From positions 35,898,001-35,962,000 of the forward strand of contig OZ024746.1 in the NCBI GenBank assembly GCA_964016885.1: a stretch of 64,000 nt of DNA. The letters run 5' to 3'. A program made the translations under genes and the position numbers. Shown one piece after another: positions 56,290-64,000 of this stretch. How positions within the stretch are numbered: the stretch's first letter is position 1; every line of letters begins with the position of its first letter. The notes beneath the pieces were generated by a model. That model did no database searches, was not told where the DNA came from, and saw only the letters and a program-made list of their open reading frames with translations. The DNA comes from Eledone cirrhosa. Its lineage: Eukaryota.

Positions 56290-57017
56290 TTTTTTTTCTT
56301 TCATTATTGTTTCTGAGATATATGCCGAGTGTCTTCCTGACACCCAGGGCAAATTAATTCACAGTGTGCATCGGTAAGCCAGTTAATACAGCGCATTAAT
56401 TATAATAAAAAAAACAGTATACATATATACACATGTGCATAAGCATATGTAAATAAAAGGAGCGATATCAATGTTACAGAGATAGTGCTATTCTCAAATC
56501 GTGTGCAGTACCAGCCAAAACATTTTTTGAACCTCGTGCAGAGAGGGTACACCAGGAATCTTTCGTAAATATTGTTCTGTTCCTTTCTTGATCATTCTCA
56601 GTCCTCCACAGTCACTGGTATTGTAACGGCCTTGAGGTGCCACATTTTCTCAATTTCAATAAACAGATCTTTATATTTTCGTAGCTTGTCAAATTCATTT
56701 GCCGCGTTATTGTGCTCACATATCTATCAATAAACAGACCTTGTTATGTTGATCTTTTACAATGATGTCATGTCTATATGCTGTTATCGTCCTGTCAGTA
56801 TATAGAGGAAATCCCAGAGAATGGTTACTTATCCTCCTTCAGTTAGAGCCTCAGGGTGATAATTGTACCAGTTGTCTTCAGCTTTGCTTTTGTAATGCCG
56901 ACATATTACTCAGTGTAGATATTGGCCAACACTGTCATGTCTATATTTATATTCGTCTGGTGCTAAAACTTTACATCCAGAGACAAGTGATCCACTGTTT
57001 CAACCTCAGCATAGCAG
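56290..57017 (-). pseudogene. Older decayed R4/Dong endonuclease-domain fragment with 3' UTR
   Basis: ETVDH, RHDSVGQYLH, TILWDF, CLLIDM, KYKDLFIEIEKMWHLK, GTAHDLR with stops and frameshifts. Confidence 0.85.
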
Positions 57018-57173
57018 TATTATTATTATTATTTGCATTTATCTTACTTTATGTTTATACGAGTTATCACCAAGTCACAACCAGTGACCTCAAGAGACAA
57101 CAAGGTCCGCCATGTTCAAGAAAGAACACACATAATCACACATGCATCCTTAGTGTTTAGACTTGTGATGTAC

Positions 57174-60100
57174 TTATATTGACAGGATCTTCCTTAGTAT
57201 ATGGGCAGTTCCCATTAGTACTATCTTTTGTATTTCTCCTATACGCGGGTTTCCTGGGATTTGCGATAAGTAGTCTTTAGACCCCTTAGGTATCATTCCC
57301 AGAGCGCCTACAACCACTGGTATTGTTTTAGTTCTCAATCTCCACATTTTTCCAATTTCTATCTCCAGGTCCTTATACTGGCTCAATTTTTCAAATGTTT
57401 TTATAGATACATTCTTGTCTATTGGAACAGACATATCAATTAGCAGGCATACCCTCATTTGAAAGTCCTTCAATATTATATCAGGTCTATTTGCATCTAT
57501 TTTTCGGTCTGTTTGGATGCTAAAGTTCCACAAGATTGAGATGTGATCTTTTTCAAGTATGGGAGGTGGTTGATGCTCCCACCAATTCTTTTGATGGGGC
57601 AGGTCAAAATGCTTACACATTAACCAATGTATGTATCGTGCAGCTCTGTCATGCCTGTTTAGGTATTCGGTTGGAGCTATAGGACTGCACATTGAAATTA
57701 TATGGTCAATGGTCTCTGGTTGTTTTTTGCATACACGGCATAATGGGCTGCACCCATTTTTTATTATGTTGGCTTGGTAATTTTTTGTTGGCAGACACTG
57801 ATCTTGTGCCGATATAATCAGTCCTTCAGTCTCCGATTTCAGTCCAGAGGATGCCAACCACTGATGGGCTAAAGTTTTGTCAACATCAGGATTGTTAGCT
57901 CGCTCTGGGTATTTTCCATACAGAGGTTTTCTTGCCATTTCTTAGCCAGTTTGTGTAGCAGTTCTTTCTTTGCAGTTACTTTTACCTGCTTTGCTTTTTC
58001 TGTGTTTTCCATTTCAGCAGTAAATGGGACTTCTGAAATTTGTAGTCCATTACTGTATCTTTGTGCATCTTTTGTAATGGAATATGATCTTTTGGTGCTT
58101 TCGTGTTTCAAAACGAGTTTGATCATCCAATCATGTGATTCCCTTAGATATGTGGATAATCCAATTGTTGCAGTTTTCAACGCAATGTCTAACTGGATTA
58201 ACCCACGTCCTCCTTCTTTCCTAGGGAGATATATTCTATCTATATATGCCTTAGGGTGATGCATTCTGTGCATGGTTAAGAATTTTCGGATTTTTGTATC
58301 GAGCCTACGGATCTCTGTGCTTGACCAGTTGATGACATTGTAACTGTAGGTTACTACTGGTATGGCAAGCGTGTTTATGGCATCGATCCTATTCCTTGCA
58401 TTCAATTCCGTTCTTAAGATTGCTCTGACTCTGCGGTAACATTCCTTCCTTATCCTTTCCCTCATTGTCGAGTGCTTGATTCCGTCTCCTTCACAAACAC
58501 CTAGATATTTGTAAGTTTGTTCTTGATCAAGCTCTCTTATCACGTTTCCCCGATCAAGATTAATGTCTGAACTCTTCAGCACCTTTCCTCTGGTGAACGT
58601 TGCTTTGGCGCATTTATCCAGTCCAAACTCCATTTTAATGTCATCACTGAACTGCTTCACAGTGGATAATAGCCCTTGCAATTGTTCATCATTTTTTGCA
58701 AATAGTTTCAGGTCATCCATGTAGAACAGGTGATTAATGGTTTTGTCATAGACTCTATATCCATGTTTTGTTTCATTGAGCATTTTACTTAATGGTATAA
58801 GTGCGATGCAGAATAAAAGCGGTGATAAAGAGTCACCCTGAACAATTCCACAATTAATGTTAATTTCTTCAGCTTCCAGTGATTTTGTTTCACTATTCAA
58901 AAGGAGTGTCGTTCTCCATGTCCTCATACTGAATGACAAAAACCTCCTGACAACGGGGGATATTTTGAAAATCTCTAAACATTTTTCAATCCAACTGTGT
59001 GGCAAACTATCAAATGCTTTTTTATAATCTATCCAAGCAATAGATAGATTTTTGTGTCTATTATGACAATCTTCCAGTATCATTTTGTTAATCAGAAGCT
59101 GATCCTTACAGCCATATGAGCCTCGTTTACACCCTTTCTGCTCAATGGGAAATAGGTCATTTGTTATCCGGTGGTCATATGTGTATTCAGTTAGGACTGA
59201 TGTTAAAATTTTATACATTGTGGTCAAGCAGGTTATCGGTCTGTAATTTTTGGGATTGTTTGTCTCATCATTCTTCGGTAGCAGAAATGTAATGCCGTTA
59301 ACTAGCCATGATGGTATCTTTTCTGGCTCCTTAACTATTTCATTGTAAAGTTGGGCTAACAGCTCATGAGACTCTGTGAAGGCATTTATCCAAAAGTTTT
59401 GTATTTTGTCTTTTCCTGGGGATTTCCATTTGCTGGTTTTTCTTAGAGCCAAGCGCAGCTGTTCAACTGTTATATTTTCCCATGTTTGTTCTTCAAGGTG
59501 AGCTGTTTCTTTCATTTGTCTGTCTATCCATGGAGCATGTATGTTATGAACTTTTTCTTCGGCCCAGATCTTTTCCCAGAATTCTTGCACTTCCTCCTTG
59601 GGTGGTATTGATTTAGCAGTTATTGTTGACTTACCAATTTTTCTGTAGAAGTTTCTTTGGTTGTTTTTGAACATATTATTGTCCTTATAGAATCTAGATC
59701 GTTTTTCAAAGCGCCTTATACGAGCAGCTTTGGCCGACACTTTTTGCTTGATTGTTTCTATCAGCATGTCTATGTCACATGTTGATCTTATACTGTACTT
59801 CTTTTTCAATTTTCTAAGTTTAGTTTGTTTAACATGTTCACCTACTTTATAGTTTGTTAAAATTTCTATGTCAGATCGGAGAAGGTTTATTTGGCGATTG
59901 ATGTTATCTTGCCAAGTAGATTTCTTGTGGGAATTCCTTTGTTTTTTCATCTTCACTCCACATAAGTGAGTGGTGACTTTAGCCGATGCATAATAGAGAT
60001 GATTTAAGTCAGTAATGTTTAGTTTGTTGGTGATGATAATGTTTTTGAGAATTATGTTAGTCTTGTGTATTATTTTTTGGTTCTGTTTGGAGTTATGGAT

Positions 60101-60823
60101 CTTACGGAGGGTGTCTCGTTCCCCCATGTCAGATTCTCTCATTTTCATCCATTCGATCATAATTTCATCCTTCAAGTTGGCAAGTTCATTCTCATTCATT
60201 TCTTTATCATTTACGATCTTATTATTTTCATTTGGAGTTTCATCCTGAGCATGCACTCCCTCCACTTTTTCGCTCCTTTCTTTAATTTGTTCTGTTGCCA
60301 GTGATTCCGCCCCAACCCTGGGATTCGAAGTGTTACAGTTTACCTCGTTTTCACTGACACATGCTTCATTTTCCCTTCGCTGACTTTGTGCTACCAGCTT
60401 GATCTGATCAATTTCTATATCAGTTAGTAACTTTTTTCTTACAATATTTCTTCGTATATTGGCTAGTTTTTTACTGTCAATATAGCCTCTGTTTTCGGGG
60501 TGTTTCTTTTTCCAGTTGATATATGTTTGTTCTGTATTCGATGTATTTGATGGGTAGTACATGGCAGTGTAGAAAGCCTCAAGGACTTCTTTATTATCTT
60601 CCCTTGACCATTTTTCTCTCTTTTTCTTTGGATTTCTTGGTGGTGAGCATGGAGGGCCAACAGTAGGAGTATTCCGGTTATGGGAGGTCTCCAGCTCCGA
60701 AGTGATGGGAAGGTTTGAACCATTAGCTGATTTTTCGACCCCAGTCTGGTTCCTCTCTGAGGGACGCGGCCCTTTTTTACCCGGGTGACGGCCGATCCGG
60801 TATGAGATTTTATCATTAGACAT
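57174..60823 (-). CDS. RT + restriction-like endonuclease ORF, about 1215 aa, split by one missing A at 57927-57930
   Basis: NYRPITCL, EQKG, IDYKKAFDS, QGDSLSP, YMDDLK, YKYLG; CRVC...ETIDHIISMC, RHD, RPDII, IDMSVP. Adding one A gives KWQEKPLYGKY. Confidence 0.93.
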
Positions 60824-60888
60824 TTACTTTATTTTGTCGCGTTTTATCCTTATCCGCCAAGGGGTAATCATTTCTTCTTACCACTACT

Positions 60889-60983
60889 AGAACGAGTGTC
60901 AACCAAGACTAGAGGGGTCGTTCTCCCCTAGAGACATGGCTATTCCCCGCCGGCCGCCATCCCGGTATTTCTTGGTCACGGGG
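60889..60983 (-). ncRNA. Multi-pseudoknot RNA at the 5' end of the R4/Dong element
   Basis: Helices CCCCG/CGGGG, GACCAAGA/TCTTGGTT, CCGG/CCGG, ATGGC/GCCAT, AGGGG/CCCCT, AGAACGA/TCGTTCT. Confidence 0.55.
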
Positions 60984-61892
60984 TTTTCTTGTTGTTGTTT
61001 TTTTTAAATTGTTATTATCATGAGTGGTTCCTTAATGTGAGCATTGCGTGGCTTAAGAATGAAATTATTAATAATTGTCTCCACTCCAGGCACAAGGCCA
61101 GCAATCACCCAGTGCATTACAATAATATAATATACTTTTTGTTGTAGTTGGCTGTTATTGCTGCTGGCTATGTCGGTGGTGGTGCCGGGGCTTTTTATAT
61201 TGTTGGTGAGGAAGGGGTGAGCCAGCAGTCCCATAATTGTTGATGTAGACGTTTGTCCGTGGCAAGGTCACCAAGTCAATCTATTTATATCTTTTGCTAG
61301 CCTCACTCTTGTCTAGTGCTACCACCACATTCCCTTTTCTCTCTCAAGTTAACAGGGGAATAGTGTCAGTAGCATTGAATGAGTGGTGGCGGCGATGATG
61401 GATGTGGTGGGGTGGTGGCAGCGGTGGTGTTGTGGTTACTGATATAGTATCTATGAGTTTGTGTTCGTATGTTTAATATATATTTTCATTATATTTTGTG
61501 TTGACATATTCCCGTAAAATTTGAATTAAACATTTTTTAAAATTTGAGACAATAATAATAGTAATTATTATTATGATGCCGGTGAAGTTGCCGTTTTCTG
61601 GCTGTTATATTTAGTGTGATGGGATAGGTAGTGTATCAAGTTTCTGGTGTTGGTGAAATTGAAATTGCCGCTGTTCTATATAGTGTAGACAGAGGGTGTT
61701 TTGTTCCATTTATAACCATTTTCTTTTTTTGAATACAAAATATATAATACAAAATTGAATATTTGAGCGATACAACAATATAATATGGATCCGAAACTTT
61801 ATGGGACCTCATTCGGTGCCTTTATGCAACATTTGTGCTAAGAATTGTTCTTTCCCAATTGATTTAAATATGTTAAAAATCATAAAACTTAC

Positions 61893-62022
61893 GGGAGCAA
61901 TTTCGTGAGGTTCTACCACCTCGTGCGTCTTCTTCCCTTATCCCTCGTGCGTCTTCTTCCATTACCCCTCGTGCGTCTTCTTCCCTTATCTTATTATTAT
62001 TATTATTATTATTATTGGCGAC
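61893..62022 (-). CDS. Possible upstream exon with (AAT)n and three 24-bp repeats (VANNN...KIREEDARGVMEEDARGIREEDARGGRTSRNCS)
   Basis: Strong donor |GTAAGT, acceptor ttctacgtag, frame-preserving repeats. No connecting phase 1 to 2 exon was found. Confidence 0.35.
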
Positions 62023-62358
62023 CTACGTAGAACATCGTATCATCGTGAGCTCCGCAAAGGTTTGTTATTTCCGTTTGTTAAAAATTGCCATTTATGGAAA
62101 ATTTTATCGTTAACTGTTTATAAGCACACATACATTGTTTTCCGAAAAGGACACCCAAAATGATTGGGGCCTTGTGCCCAAAATTTTAACTTTTATAATT
62201 ATCCAAAAATTTCTTTGAAAAAAAATGGCTAATTCCCCTCTGCACGAAGCAGCTGAAAGCCTTCCTCACAAAATAACACCTCACACCGACACCACCATTG
62301 TAAATGTTACTACGTTTGCCAACACAAAAAAAATATAAGCAGTAGCAATATTTTAAAT

Positions 62359-64000
62359 TTGTCTCAGGCAGATATTCATTTCCCGCCATTACCAATGACT
62401 GCAGGTGTTAAAGCCTCCACCACCACCACCACCGCGACAACAGAAACAAACGAAGAAAAAAATAAATTAACTCGTGATGTCGAAATGAAATCAAGCAAAA
62501 TGGACTCTTCCGCACCAAAGACGAATGACGTCACCAACACCACAACTGAAACAAAAATTAAGATTAACACAAATAACGATAGCAACAACAACAACAATGA
62601 CATTATAAAACCGACCCTCAGTTTCGCCATCGTAGCAAAACAATTCGAAGCGTTCACGGTAACTCAAGAAGATTTAGAAAATGCCAAACAAATGGTAAAG
62701 AAAGATGGGTACAGGGTCATCCTCACCCCCCCCCCCCACACACCTAATAAAATGGAGGATCGGCGCCTATGCACCGTGTCGTATAGAACAATAAATGTAA
62801 AATCGCGCCGAGTGGAACGGGCATCCGAGTCCCAAATCCAAAAAGCTTTGGGACATGTGTGGGCAAGAAAAACCCACATCAGACGTGGGCAAAAGTATGG
62901 AACCGTGGATGTGTTCTTTGAAACACCAGAGGAGGCTAGAGAACACTCCATGGCCCCATTAAAAAGTGACGACCTCACACTCGTCCCAAGCTATTGTGGC
63001 CAGAGACTCGTAAAGATCAGGGTGACCCACGTTCCACCGGCCATCGGAATTCCCTGGCTAATAGCGGCTGTCCTCGCCGGCATCGAAGCCAACACGAAAA
63101 TAATAGCAGTAGCAAAAGAAAAGCAGGAAAACTGGTCCGGATCTGGGATGGAGCTCCTGATCCAAGCGGACCAAAAAAGCATTGAGGAGATCCCAGAGGT
63201 AATAGACCTCACTGACGGCAGCCACCTCACGGTAATTGTCGAGGGCAGAAGACCTAGGTGTGTCGTTTGTGGTGAAGGAACCCACCTAAGGGCTTTCTGC
63301 CCTCAGGCTAAAAGGTTGAGGCCACCTCTCCTACCCACCCCAGTGACACAACCATCAACACCACCAGTAGCAGAGATGGCAGCAACAACTGTAGCAGCAA
63401 CAACAGAAGCAACTATAACAGCAACAACCGCAGCAACAGTAGCAAAACCAACACCACTACCACCACCAGCAAAACCAACACCACCACCACCCAACGCTTC
63501 AGAACTAGCACCAGCGCCTACACCATCCACCACACCACAACCAAAACTAACGGCTGTGGAGGATTTTCCACTCCCCGGCCTATCACAACTGGAGACAGAT
63601 TGTGACGACGAGGAGTGGGAAACGATATCAGGAAAAAAAAAGAAACCAAAAAAGAAAAAAATTCTCTTCCTTCCCCCTCCAAAAACAAAATACAGAGGGA
63701 AACAAATAAACTAAGAAACAAAAAAGTTAGGACAGATATGCCACCATCCACACCAGCATCACCAACCCCATCAACCCAAACACCAACACCATCACCATCA
63801 TTAACTCCAACACCACCATCACCTACACCACAAAAGTCACCAAAATGCGAAACAGAAACAAACCCACAACAAACGCAAACAAAACAAAACAACCAAAACG
63901 ATACACACTACACAGCATTAAATTTGAACAACAAGCAATTATTACACTACATCCAACACAACACCAGCATCACAGAAAAAGACTACACAACAACCCCAAA
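62359..64000 (+). mobile_element. L1/Tx1-type ORF1 (RRM-like region, CCHC knuckle, Pro/Thr-rich tail); runs off the window
   Basis: SFAIVA, GTVDVFFETPEEA, KIRVTHVP, VIVEGRRPRCVVCGEGTHLRAFC (CX2CX4HX4C); probable frameshift in the A-run near 63655. Confidence 0.8.

Larger units (their letters stand above)
57018..60995 (-). mobile_element. Near full-length R4/Dong-type non-LTR retrotransposon
   Basis: RT + CCHC finger + restriction-like endonuclease; short structured 5' UTR; 3' end in (AAT)n. Confidence 0.93.

Noticed and set aside
61919-61990. CRISPR-like short repeats
   Set aside because: Contiguous 24-bp tandem units, no spacers, no cas genes, eukaryotic context.
61893-62033. HDV-like ribozyme on the plus strand (GTTCTAC/GTAGAAC, CCTCGTG)
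   Set aside because: P1 and P3 pair poorly and are interrupted by repeats; a minus-strand exon explains the region better.

Overview
AT-rich animal DNA packed with microsatellites and transposable elements. The SINE family and repeat landscape suggest an octopod cephalopod (inference). Most supplied ORFs are simple-repeat artefacts. By hand I traced an unidentified multi-pass membrane-protein gene on the minus strand: 11 phase-compatible GT-AG exons between 52408 and 6055, about 351 aa, 5' end unresolved. Its introns and 5' flank hold: (i) a young Penelope-like retroelement (PLE; RT + GIY-YIG, Naiad-like) at 13752-18047, arranged as a 1.43-kb-armed inverted repeat; (ii) many short hairpin insertions in (TA)n tracts, from several unrelated families, carrying hammerhead ribozymes (HHRs) or HHR halves, with fold-back points on ribozyme stems in four cases; (iii) a near-intact R4/Dong-type non-LTR element whose 5' UTR can fold into an HDV-like nested double pseudoknot, beside two older relatives; (iv) a Helentron-associated element, an L1/Tx1-type ORF1, about 15 tRNA-derived SINEs and decayed PLE/RTE fragments. 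All RNA structures and the gene model were derived by eye and are untested.
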